Assembly (NCBI GenBank): GCA_951406725.2
Contig: OX597816.1
Location: 52,700,001-52,764,000 of the forward strand
Length of the DNA stretch: 64,000 nucleotides
Reading direction: 5' to 3'
Origin: Octopus vulgaris
Lineage: Eukaryota
The notes below the pieces were generated by a model that worked only from the letters and a program-made list of their open reading frames with translations, searched no databases and had not been told where the DNA came from. A program made the translations under genes and the position numbers. Shown piece after piece: positions 1 through 11,640 of this stretch (its first letter is position 1; every line of letters begins with the position of its first letter).

Positions 1-48
<48 letters not shown>

Positions 49-275
49 TGTGTGTGCATGTGTTTGTGTGTCTGTGTTTGTCACCCTAGCATTGCTTGAC
101 AACCGATGCTGGTGTGTTTACATCCCCGTCACTTAGCGGTTCGGCAAAAGAGTCCGATAGAATAAGTACTGGGCTTACAAAGAATAAGTCCCGGGGTCGA
201 TTTACTCGACTCAAGGCTGTGCTCCAGCATGGCCGCAGTCAAATGACTGAAACAAGTAAAAGAGTAAAGAGTAAT
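1..275 (+). mobile_element. SINE family A, 3' half, starting within its internal (TA)n/(TG)n tract
   Basis: Matches the 3' half of the full copies at 27368 and 49723 (cttagcggttcggcaaaagag...ccagcatggccgcagtcaaatgactgaaacaagtaaaagag). Confidence 0.9.
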
Positions 276-477
276 ATGCCAGTTTCTGTGTACCATACAC
301 TTACAAGGATATGGTTATCTCAAAGTTCCAAGGTTAGAATAGAAGATATTTGTGCAAGATACCACACAGTGGATCTGAACCCAAAACCTAGTAGTTGGGA
401 AATTAAACTTATCCACATAACCATGGTTGCACTTGTATATGTGTCTGTCTGTCTGTCTGTATGTATGTATATATAGG

Positions 478-804
478 TTGTACTGGGTCATCTTCGTAGT
501 CATAAAGCGAGACTGATGAGTGACAACCTGGCCACTGGTGGTGGTGTTTCACACCATACTAATCATATCTCTCAGGCATGTGGAATAGAGTGTAATTTGG
601 CAGGAGGACTTAAACAACATGCAAAGGTACATGAAGCCCAGTTACAACTACAGCCGGCTATTACCAGCAAAGGTTTTAGGTGCCAATTCTGTACAAGACA
701 TTGTAGATCTTTGGCTAGGCTAAAAAGTCACGTTCGATCACAGCACCAATAACAGTTAAGCTTTGTGCAATGGCCATACTCAATAGCAAGGGGGCAGCCA
801 TCAT
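478..804 (+). mobile_element. 3' end of an RTE-like LINE with C-terminal C2H2-type zinc-finger remnants
   Basis: Frame reads LGHLRSH...CGIECNLAGGLKQHAKVH...CQFCTRHCRSLARLKSHVRSQH*. The 3' terminus gcaatgg...cagccatcat is shared with the RTE copy ending at 49031. Confidence 0.7.
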
Positions 805-943
805 ATATAGATATACATACATATATGTATATATATATAAAAGCTGGACTAGATTATTTTATGCGCAACTCCATTGTCTCCCGAGACATAAAGGATGCCA
901 ACAACAATGTATATATGTTTGCGCATATGCATATATGTATGTA

Positions 944-1721
944 CTAGCAGCATAGCCCAGCGTTGCCCGGGTATGTAAGAGCCCCTAGTAGGCAACGACT
1001 AATCCCAATCTAGTCCTTTCCCTCTAGGGAATGAAAGCGCATGTGTAGGTTGCAATGTCTTCTCTTCACTCCCAAATAACTATCAAACAGCTATCGATAA
1101 TTCAACCCAACCAATTCCTACCAGGAAGAAATTACATTTGAGACTTTACTAATAGCTGCTGCAGCCGCAAGTTATTCGAATACTTTTTTTGTTTACACTT
1201 TCTTTATAACTACCACCCCAAACGTTTTACCTTAAATTTTTGACGTACCCTAAGGGTCCTCGGACGCTACTTGCAAACTCTTGGTTTATTATAAACCGCT
1301 TTTGTCGTGTGCATCAAAAAACCTTTTCCATTCGTTTGTTCAGTTTGGTCACTTTTGACTTTTTCGTTGTTGTCACTCACATTGCTGCCTGCTCTTTTGC
1401 CGTTTTTGTACATTTTTATACATTTTGGGATACTTACCCCACGTGTTCCGAGAGTTAAAAAGGTCAAGTTGCGTCCCCTAGACAGTCTGTAGAAAATGTG
1501 TTGCATATAAAAAGCTTAGATTCTCAACCCATGTCGAATTTATCGATTTTTTTTCAGAACTGGGGGAACTTTTCAAAATTTTCGCTGCGTTAATTTTGAA
1601 TTATGACATTGGGCTATGTGTGTGTCAAGTTTCATCAGAATCAGTTGAAAGCCGTGGTCAGGGTGAGGGTACAACCTGACAGACACACAGACAGACAAAC
1701 TGCCGTTTATATATAGAGAGA
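944..1721 (-). mobile_element. Non-autonomous Helitron
   Basis: Minus strand begins TCTCTCTATATATAAA plus a (GTCT)-like tract and ends with a CCCGGGCAACGCTGGG hairpin then CTAG. Inserted at A^T inside a (TGTA)n tract with no TSD. Confidence 0.85.
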
Positions 1722-3660
1722 TGTATGTATGTACATATGTATGTACGTATGTATGTATGTATGTATGTATGTATGTATATGAAACTGAGAAAAGCTTATG
1801 AATACTTTGGCAATATTTGCAGTAAAGTTATGTAAAGAGTCAATTTTTTTTCTTAATAACTGACCAGTTGTCATAACAATTTTATATCCAGGAAGGAAAC
1901 ATTCTTTTGGACGCAACCTGACTATATTTCAGATATTACAAAACCATAAGAACAGTCAATGTTTCTCTTTGGAAAAGATGAGAAAACGGATACCGCCATA
2001 ATGTCTGTGAAACATCAACTTTTTCAATGGTCTGAAATGAATAATGGAATTTTTGATGAATGCGTGTTTCCACTGATTATTAATATATGAATGGATTTAA
2101 AATACAACTGAGACAAAATAAGAATATATCTCTTCTTGTATTGATTATTTTTTTTCAACTATTTACTTTCATTAATTCTGTTCTAATTGCTAGCTAAACA
2201 ACAAATGTCTACTTCTTTTTCAGCTAGATGTAGTCAATTAAGCAGTATAATATATTTGTGTTTTTGGTTCTTTTTATTTATCTATTTATTTTATATATCC
2301 ATTGTTTATTATTTTCTGTTAAAAAAAATGACAGCTTTCTCTCTCTCTCTCTCCTTCTTCTTCTTTTCTTTTCCCTACTCTTTTGTCTGTGTCTTGTTGT
2401 GAGAGCTCTGTGTAACCAGTGAAGTGTGTTGGGCAACGAAGAAGGTTATATGATTGAACAGTTGATGAGAATGCTTTGCTAATGAGCTTGTCAAGAAGCA
2501 GAAGATTGACAACTTACATTTTACTTGAAGTACCCTTCTCTTTTTATTTACCTACTCTTTGTCTTGTGGGGCTGCCATCAGCTAAAGCTGACATGTTTAT
2601 TCAAAGGTTTGGACAATGTTTGTCATTGCAGAAGGCTTACATGAATGCAATTCCCTCCCCTTCACACCACTGATGTTGTCCAAGGGAAAGGCTGCTACCT
2701 TAGGGTTGTAGTGATCCTATACAACAGCGCGCGCTCGCGCACCGTCCATTTGTATTTCGCGCGTGCGGGGTTGGTGCTTTCACCACCGGAAGAAGAACCC
2801 TTTTGCCTACGTAGCAGTTAGCCGAGGCAAGGGGGTCGTAAGACGTTGACTACCAGCGTCCAGCAAGCAGCGACTTGAGACAGCAGCGACTGAAGGCGAC
2901 GGTCACGTATATTTTCTCTCCGTCCGAACTTGATTCTAGCAGCACCTTACCAAAAGGCCTTTAACCAAATTGTTGCAGACCACATCTCCCTGTTTCCGGA
3001 CGCCATCTTTGACCAGTGTCGTTTTGCATTTGAACACTTTCTTATTTTACAGCGATAAGGTTCAGCACTGACACATTTATACCAAAGGGATACCAGATAA
3101 CCACTTATTGTTACTGTTACCACATTAGAGAATAAAGTAGTATATATATCTTTTACGTCTGCGTCTTGTTGTTTCTGTCTACCACCAGCGTCCAGCAAGC
3201 AGCGACTTGAGACAGCAGCGACTGAAGGCGACGGTCACGTATATTTTTTCTCCGTCCGAACTTGATTCTAGCAGCACCTTACCAAAAGGCCTTTAACCAA
3301 ATTGTTGCCGACCACATCTTCCCTGTTCCGGACGCCATCTTTAACCCGTTCTGTTTTTAGCGGCTGACCATTGTAAATATTACAATCGATTAACTTTCAG
3401 CCTTGCGCGCCCAGAACCAAAGGGATACCAGATAACCACTTATTGTTACAGATACCACATTAGAGAATAAAGTAGTATATATATCTTTGACGTCTGCGTC
3501 TTGTTGTTTCTGACTGGTAGAATTCTGGATTATTAAAGCAACGGCTAGTGATTGCCTCTTGTACCCCGAAAGTACAAGAGAAGATACATTCACTCTAAGT
3601 TCATTACACTGGCACACCCCGACGTGATTCTGGTCTAAAACCACACTAAGTTCGTTACAC

Positions 3661-3678
3661 TGGTGACCCCGACGTGAT
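3661..3678 (+). promoter_or_regulatory. Primer-binding site complementary to the tRNA-Trp 3' end
   Basis: TGGTGACCCCGACGTGAT is the 18-nt tRNA-Trp PBS (as in avian leukosis virus), 1 nt after an LTR-end GTTACA. Confidence 0.92.
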
Positions 3679-5192
3679 TCTGGTCTAAAACCAGAGATCA
3701 CTTAACAACAAAGAAATCCAGTTTTTCTGCGAAGTCGGAACACGATTAACTCTACGCATTCATCTTTCGACGATTTGTTTCCGTCCTCTCGGACCGTTAT
3801 AGAAGGAGCCCTTTTCTTATTCTTCAACAATGATGACGGACGCCATCATATCATCGATGCTTTTTCTCTGCCTTCATCATCATCATCGTCGTCTTAGAAC
3901 TTCACGTCGTCGTTATCTTCGTCGCCATCAACACTAAGAACAATGTTGTCTCAAGTCCACTACAGTCGCCTTCCACCACCACCGTCGCCTTTCAACACCG
4001 TCGACCAAGATGTACATAGCAACTCGCGGAACTTTAGCGTGCACGCTGTTTGTGCATATGCACACCAAGGATTAACAGCACCGTCTATCTGCGAGATTCT
4101 TCTGTAACGATTTAACATGTCACAGCATCGAAGCTACAACCGCTACACATTGTGTTCAATCGGCATCTGCATTTGTGATTTCAACATTCTGTTACAGAAC
4201 GAACTGCTATTGTGCATCAGGCTATTACAGACTGGTAAATTAACTCCATTGTCTGGAATAGACCTTGAGAGACATTTTTTTTTCTATGCGCTGTATTTTT
4301 ATTTTGCTTGCATTCACCTTGTATGTATTTCTGTCGCACACACGTACACACATATAAATGCTATCTCTCACATACATACGTCACACATGCTTTTCTCGCT
4401 CGTTTTTTCCATGCTAAATTTGCCTTTTGTGGACACACCTCATTTCTATAGACCCTAGGGGTCACGTATACATAGAGAGGGTTGTTTGTCCATTATAACG
4501 CGCCGGCATGCCATACTTTTGTTCCTGTACGAACGAGGCATATAATCGCTCAACCACTGGCATATTCATTGCTGTTTTTCGGTCTGGCAAGCTCTATTGC
4601 ATTTCATGTGCCTTTGCTTCGCACGTGTATTGCCTTTTTTTTGCAACACGTTTGCGTTAGCTTAATTCTTTTCCCGACTCATAGAATGTCGGATGTTCAC
4701 ATGCGCTGCGCCTATGTATGGGCATAATTATTTTTCCCTGTTAGACTCCTGTTGGTCACGTAATTAACAGAGAAAATTATCTGTGTCGCGCATCACACCA
4801 GCATGCTTGCACTTTTGCTTTTTGTGTTACTAGCGATCTATCTGTGGATTCCATTTCCTCTCCTGCAGCAATTGATTTAACTGCTATTTCGCAGGACCAA
4901 CCACCTTTAGAGAAGTTGGATTTTAATTTCGCCTAGGTTCATTAACTGTGAGTTTGCTTTCCCTCCGCTCCTTTTAGTGGAAGGCTCTATACTTTGTGAC
5001 GTATCCACTTTCACGCATGCACCTTTGATTTTGCTCATTTTGAGTATTTTTTCCTTTAGTAAATTTCTTGTGTATGATGTAAATTTTGCCATTTTATTAT
5101 ATTGTGTGCTATTTGGTTATCTGGTATCCACCTTGAGTTTTATAGTTACTACAGGGAATTTTGTGTCGTGCTTACGCACTGGGGTGGAGCTC

Positions 5193-5762
5193 TGTAGTGA
5201 TCCTATACAACGGCGCGCGCTCGCGCACCGTCCATTTGTATTTCGCGCGTGCGGGGTTGGTGCTTTCACCACCGGAAGAAGAACCCTTTTGCCTACGTAG
5301 CAGTATGCCGAGGCAAGGGGGTCGTAAGACGTTGACCACCAGCGTCCAGCAAGCAGCGACTTGAGACAGCAGCGACTGAAGGCGACGGTCACGTATATTT
5401 TTTCTCCGTCCGAACTTGATTCTAGCAGCACCTTACCAAAAGGCCTTTAACCAAATTGTTGCAGACCACATCTTCCCTGTTCCGGACGCCATCTTTAACC
5501 CGTTCTGTTTTTAGCGGCTGAACATTGTAAATATTACAATCGATTAACTTTCAGCCTTGCGCGCCCAGAACCAAAGGGATACCAGATAACCACTTATTGT
5601 TACAGTTACCACATTAGAGAATAAAGTAGTATATATATCTTTGACGTCTGCGTCTTGTTGTTTCTGACTGGTAGAATTCTGGATTATTAAAGCAACGGCT
5701 AGTGATTGCCTCTTGTACCCCGAAAGTACAAGAGAAGATACATTCACTCTAAGTTCGTTACA
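5193..5762 (+). repeat. 3' LTR (570 bp)
   Basis: TGTAGTG...GTTACA ends, AATAAA near 5620, 9-bp hairpin ctcttgtac/gtacaagag near the end. Only a handful of differences from the matching parts of the 5' LTR. Confidence 0.9.
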
Positions 5763-6041
5763 GGGTTTATACAACTCGGTAGCAGTATCATTGCAAATGT
5801 TGCTGCAAGAATGTAAGGAGCTGGTACAGATGCCACAACACATCCCCTCCAAGGGTCTAATGGTCCCATCAGGCTTTTGCTCTGGAATGGTACTTTTCAT
5901 TAATCCCAAAAGGGTGAAAGGCAAAGTTTACCACAGCAAGATTTGGAGATGGAGTGCAGAGGTATACAAGAAACACCATAATTCCTTTAATCCAAATGTC
6001 AAACAACACGGCCAGTCTATCACCAAGTCTTTGTCCTAGTA

Positions 6042-6627
6042 AGGCGGCGAACTGGCAGAAACATTAGCATGCCAGGTGAAATGCTTAGCAGTATTTCATC
6101 TGCCGTTATGTTCTGAGTTCAAATTCCACCGAGGTCGACTTTGCATTTCACCCTTTCGAGGTCGATTAAATAAGTACCAGTTACGCACTGGGGTCGATAT
6201 AATTGACTTAATCCGTTCGTCTGTCCTTGTTTGTCTCCTCTATATTTAGCCCCTTGTGGGCAATAAAGAAATAAGTCTTTGTCGTAGTATTAGAATATTT
6301 AATACCAAAATTTAGGACAAAATTTACTGAAGAGTTCATATATACTAATGTGTTTAGCCTCTTGTGGTAGTAAAGAGATAGGTATTTCGTCTATCTTTAC
6401 ATTCTGAGTTCAAATTTCGCTGAGGTCAACTTTGCCTTTCATCTTTTTGGGGTCGATAAATTAAGTACCAGTTACACACTGGGGTCGATATATTCGACTT
6501 AATCCCTTTGTCTCTCTTTGTTTTTCCCTCTATATTTAGCCCCTTGTGGGCAATAAAGAAATAAGTCTTTGTCCAAGTATTAGAATATTTAATACCAAAA
6601 TTTACTGAAGAGTTCATATATACTAAT
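6042..6627 (+). mobile_element. Two SINE family B units with a duplicated 3' flank
   Basis: tRNA-like head ggcggcgaactggcagaa, core gtcgactttgcctttcatcc...taagtaccag, tail ttagccccttgtgggcaataaagaaata. Flank aagtctttgtc occurs three times. Confidence 0.88.
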
Positions 6628-7039
6628 CTATTCTATAAAAGTTTCAAATTTCGTACGAGCAGTTTAAAATGGAAAAGATTTTGTCTGTTAATGGCTGGAA
6701 ATAATTTAAACAGGAATGAAAATGTGAAATGGAATACTTTCATGGCAGCAACAGACAATATAAGCTCAACACTTAGTCATAAGATAGAAAGAGTAACTTT
6801 AACATGAGAGATCATTGATATTTTGCAAGTGACCACAAATCAATCAATGGTTATAGTTGTCCTTTGCGAAAATAGTGACAGAAGTGTTTGGGAGTCATTT
6901 GGGCACCAAGACAGAAATTGTATGTTGATGATATTGCTTTTTTTTTGGCGGGGGGGTGTGTGTATTTTTTTGTTTTTGTGGTCTTTTTAAGATTTTCAGC
7001 AGAAGAGGTGAAATGTGCATTCTATCACTGAATGATGAT

Positions 7040-7330
7040 ATTGATGTCATTGGTGTTAGAATTGAACCTTTGTGGATCAGTGTTTACAGGTAAAGCATGT
7101 GAGTGAGAGAATTCCAGGAGGTTGCATTTCTGAAAAGGCTAGAATGGGAAAGATTTTGGAGAAGGATCTGAGTAAGGGAACACACTGAAGGTGATGAGGA
7201 AAAACAGGTGAAGTTAGTGGATCAAAGTGGTGAAGATAAGAAACTAGCTTGAGCAGAGGAACAGAAGTTTTTGTTGTAATGATCGGAATCTGTATAGTAT
7301 ATCTGTGAACCAGTGGCTGTCATCTGTTGG
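7040..7330 (-). mobile_element. Highly decayed Jockey/L2-group LINE 3' region
   Basis: The reverse complement loosely resembles the RT C-terminal pattern ending in WNSL. Similar remnants lie near 10720-10960 and 61740-61960. Confidence 0.4.
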
Positions 7331-7647
7331 CATGCGAATCACAAGCAATTAACCAAATTACTGTCATTTGGAAGTGATCTAGAATATTCCTTCTGATAAC
7401 TGTTAACCTGTATTTTCCTTGGAGGAGAGCTGTGAGAATTGGAAAGGGAACAGACAAATTGCTATGTCTCATAAAGTTAAGATGGTTTTTGAACATTTTA
7501 ACTTATCCAACCCCATAATGGAGAAAGAAGAATTAAATGTATGCCACACACACACACTCTGCTGTAATTGGGAAGTGAGACAACATCTTAAGTACTGGTG
7601 TCAAGAAAAATACATCCAAGACTCACTATAAATTGCTTGGTAAAGTT

Positions 7648-8065
7648 AATAATAATAATAATAATGAAATTATTGTATACAGTGCTCAGGTGCACCACAA
7701 CTTGTCAAAAGTGCGTATAAAGCATATGCAGTAATGTACAAATGTCTGGAAAGTGAACAGTGGATGAGTCAGATACATGCTTGCATGTGTATGGAGGGGA
7801 GAAAATCAGGTGTAGTGTTGGTGAATCTCAGGAAGCATGGATGTTTTGAAGGATGCAGTGCTCCGACAACTAACAACTGATGCCCGCAGTTTGTTCCATA
7901 CTTCAACAACTCTTAGCATGTAAAAATGTTTCCGAAAGTCATGGGAGCTGTGCTGTTTTCTGACTTTGTAAACATGTCCACGGGTGTTAGACAGGTGGAG
8001 TTTGAAAAGGTGCTCAGAGTTATTGCTTGTAAGATGGTTAATAATTTTATGGGTGTCTGCCAAAT
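7648..8065 (-). mobile_element. 5'-truncated CR1/L2-like LINE, ORF2 C-terminus plus (TTA)n tail
   Basis: NTRGHVYKV...RKHFYMLRVVEVWNKL...VVSCRSTASFK matches the TRGH..K...FF..RVV..WN.LP...FK motif. Confidence 0.85.
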
Positions 8066-8446
8066 CTTAAGAAATGGATAAGTTGTAAGGTCTCTTTAGT
8101 TCTGTTGTGTCAAGGATTTATCAACTTCTTTAATGCTAGAGCCACAGGAATATGCATTCAGTACACTCTGTTAAGTGTTGGTGATAGGAAAGGCATCTAA
8201 CCAGAGGCAGCAAGTTAAATGATATGCATGACCACCAGTCTATGAGAGCAGTGGTTCTCGATAAGAAATGATTCAGACTGAGATGACCATCTCGACCCAT
8301 ACAAGCATGGAAATTGAATACAAAATGGTGGTGATGGTGGAGGTGGTGGTGGTAGCAGCGGGGGCAGCGGCGGTGGTGGTTGTAGTGGTGGTTTTGGTAG
8401 TGGTGGTTATGATGATGATGACAATGATGCATATAGTATATACGCC

Positions 8447-8540
8447 TGTATATGCATCACTGATGTTATATATATACATCAGTGATTAGTATATATGTCT
8501 GTATATGCATCACTGATGTTATATATATATACATCAGTGA
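8447..8540. repeat. Two tandem units of about 50 bp, each with a tcactgatgt-(TA)n-acatcagtga hairpin
   Basis: Direct inspection of the sequence. Confidence 0.8.
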
Positions 8541-9113
8541 AAAAATAATAACAAACAAAACTGATGCTTACAAAATCTTTTGTGCTTTTCTTCTGCACTA
8601 AGTGACACAGACAATGCTCAATTTTTAACTCAAGCCAGAAGAAATGAGACGTAAACTTGATTGGTCCTACAATACTATTGTTTACCAATCATGATATATA
8701 TCTAAATTAAAACAAAAAAAAAGTAATAATAATTTTAATGGAATAAAATGTAATTTTACAATTTCTGCCTCTTGGTTTGTCTTTCTCAATTTCTCCACCA
8801 CTACACAGCTCTTCCTTCCATACTTATATTTACATCGTCTACTGTCTCCTATTGTTTACAATTGTTTTCTTTTTTATTGTTTTTTTTTGTCTTTTTGGTT
8901 TTGCTTTTCCTTTTGTTCCTTCTCCTATCACATGTTTCACTTTGGTCCTTCCTTTACATCTTTCTCTTTTCCTTCTCTCCTCTTTTCTCTCATCTCCATG
9001 TCTACTTAAAGTTCTTACCACACACACACACTCAACGCCTAATATCTACTGTTTAATTTTTCTCATGCATTATTTTAGTGCTATTTACAGTAAACAATGA
9101 TGGTGATGATGAT

Positions 9114-9154
<41 letters not shown>

Positions 9155-9545
9155 TAATAATAATAAATCCAATTTTTATGAGTTTCAAGTTTTAAAATAC
9201 AGTACTGGTTTATATGCTTGACGTTAATATTCCCAGAATACAATGGAATTTATATTTTCTCTTTAAAGTATTATTTCCATTTCTTTTTTTCATTTCTTAT
9301 TTTTTTGCTACTGTTTTCTGTAATAATTGACTTTTACATGTTTTTATTTCAGTTTATAGAGATTGTAATAAGTAGCTCACAGGAAAATGAATTACTCCAA
9401 TTAAAACAAAGATATATGAGTTGAGTATATCCACTAAAGCTTAAAATGTATGCTTTTTTTTTTTTTCTGCTCCTCTATTTTGCTATAGGTGGAGATGCCT
9501 GGCTGAGTGGTGAGAGTGTTGTGCTCATGATCGTTAGGACATTGA

Positions 9546-9750
9546 AGGTGGTGAGCTGGCAGAAACGTTAGCATGCCAGGCGAAATGCACAACCGTATTT
9601 CGTCTGCCGTTACGTTCTGAGTTCAAATTCCACCGAGGTCGACTTTGCCTTTCATCCTTTTGGGGTCGATAAATTAAGTACCAGTTACGCACTTTGTCTG
9701 TCCTTGTTTGTCCCCTCTATGTTTGGCCCCTTGTGGGTAGTAAAGAAATA
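9546..9750 (+). mobile_element. SINE family B
   Basis: Same head, core and tail as the copy at 6042. Confidence 0.88.
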
Positions 9751-10271
9751 GATAGTTAGGACATGAATCTGATTCTCAAACCAGGCAATATGTTGTGTTC
9801 TTAAACTTGAACGGCCTCCATAAAAATAGGAAGAGGATTTAACTAAGCAATGTAAATCAAGGTGGCAAAAAAATGGTATAAAGACAGGATTGGGAGCGAG
9901 CACATTGAGACCAAGAGTGTGCCATAGTATCTACTGATCTGGTTGATACTGTGATATATACACTCAATCATCAACACTATATATTACCTGTTCCCCTCAC
10001 ATAATTCAGACTGTGTCCGACTACACCTTACTCTGCACTAACTACTATATTCAGTTCTTCATCCTTATAATATCAATCCTCTGATAGTTCGTTTTAATAC
10101 ATTTTTTCCCCTTGATGTTGTTCAAGAAGAACACCAACTACATTAATAGCACAATTCTCAGAGTCCAATTCTTTCAAAGTAAAACATTTAAAAGATTAAA
10201 AATACAAGCAAAGTTGATGTACTTGAACTAACTTGTGAAGATGACTCTTTTAGAAATATGTGCACAGAGTA

Positions 10272-10428
10272 GGCTTAGGAGTGGCTATGTGGTAATGATT
10301 ACCAACCACATGATTCCAGGTTCAACCCCACTGCGTGGCACCTTGGGCAAGTGTCTTCTACTATAGCCTCGGGCCGACCAAAGCCTTGTGAGTGGATTTG
10401 GTAGACAGAAATTGAAAGAAGCCTGTCG

Positions 10429-10503
<75 letters not shown>

Positions 10504-10716
10504 TTGTGTGTCTGTGTTTGTCCCCCCAACATCGCTTGACAACCGATGCTGGTGCGTTTACATCCCTGTAACTTAGCGGTTCAGCAAAAGAGACCGATAA
10601 AATAAGTACTAGGCTTACAAAGAATAAGTCCTGGGGTTGATTTGATTCGACTAAAGGCGGTGCTCCAGCATGGCCACAGTCAAATGACTGAAACAAGTAA
10701 TACGGAGTAAAAGAGA
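10272..10716 (+). mobile_element. SINE family A, full length, with internal (TA)(TG)n
   Basis: tRNA-like A/B boxes (gtggctatgtgg; ggttcaaccc), ccttgggcaagtg core, microsatellite, conserved 3' half. Confidence 0.9.
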
Positions 10717-11640
10717 ATGGAGGTAAGAGACAATTCCAGGAAGTTGCATATCCAAAGAGAAGAATTTGATAAAGAGTTTGGTATTAAACAAGAGATGTCC
10801 AGAATCTGAGGAAACTGGTGGCGGTGTGGGTCAGTAAAAAGGAATCCACAAGAGAGTTAGTTTGTAGAGTTGCTTTGACATGAGAAGGGAATGAATGTAA
10901 CATACCGAGAACTTGCTTTTGTTCTGAGAGTGAGAAAGAATACATGGCAACAGAGGATAAATAGAAGCAGAGAATATATAGAAATATAGTTGTGAGCATG
11001 AGAGAATATATAAAAACAAAGAATGTATAGAGATATTGTTACCTTGGTTGCAAAATAGAGTGTGTTTAATATAGAATCTGATAGGTGAAATATGGTAAGA
11101 ATAGTGTAAAGATAGGAGGCAGGTGCTTTCAGGGAATTATATAATGATGGTGGGAATCAGAAATTCCTCTCTCTCACTCTCTCTTTCTCTCTCTCCCTCT
11201 TTTTTCTCCCTCTTACTCACACTTACATATACCAAAGTTTCACCAAAAGAAACAATATGAAAGTGAGATATATCAAATTATTTGAGTCACCCAACAAGTG
11301 ATCTGTGCAAAGATCAAAGACAAACTTTCGTCCAGTAAGTTATGTAGCTTTAAATATACATATGTAAACTTATTCACAATTTATTAGGTTGCTGTGTCTC
11401 GCTAACTAAATCAATAAACCAGCAAAAGGAATTTCATAATTTCTTTAAGCACCGAATTGCCAGCCAATAACAGCAGGTGTACATAATTAATCAACATATG
11501 ATAATTATTTTAACCCTTTAGCAATCAGATTACTTTGTCAAATATGATGCATATTCATTCACATTGTTTTGAATTAATCATGCTTTACCTAATAATTTTG
11601 AGATTTCAAAAATGTCATTCATCATTTTTAGAATGAGATT

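Larger units (their letters stand above)
2707..5762 (+). mobile_element. Non-autonomous LTR retrotransposon (TRIM/LARD-like), probably dependent on a CsRN1-type Gypsy element
   Basis: TG...CA LTRs at 2707-3608 and 5193-5762. 4-bp TSD GGGT at 2703-2706 and 5763-5766. tRNA-Trp PBS. Purine-rich ggggtggag just before the 3' LTR. About 1.5 kb of interior with no gag/pol ORF. Confidence 0.9.

Noticed and set aside
96-476. Recurrent ORFs with motifs such as DGLLSVSVYQIHSQGFGRPEAIVEDTCPRC at many loci
   Set aside because: They are chance frames of multi-copy SINE A, not a gene family.
3390-5924. Paralogous ORFs ending FWARKAES
   Set aside because: They are antisense frames of the duplicated LTR sequence.
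8320-8430. His-rich or Val/Thr-rich ORFs
   Set aside because: Degenerate (GGT)n/(GAT)n repeat.
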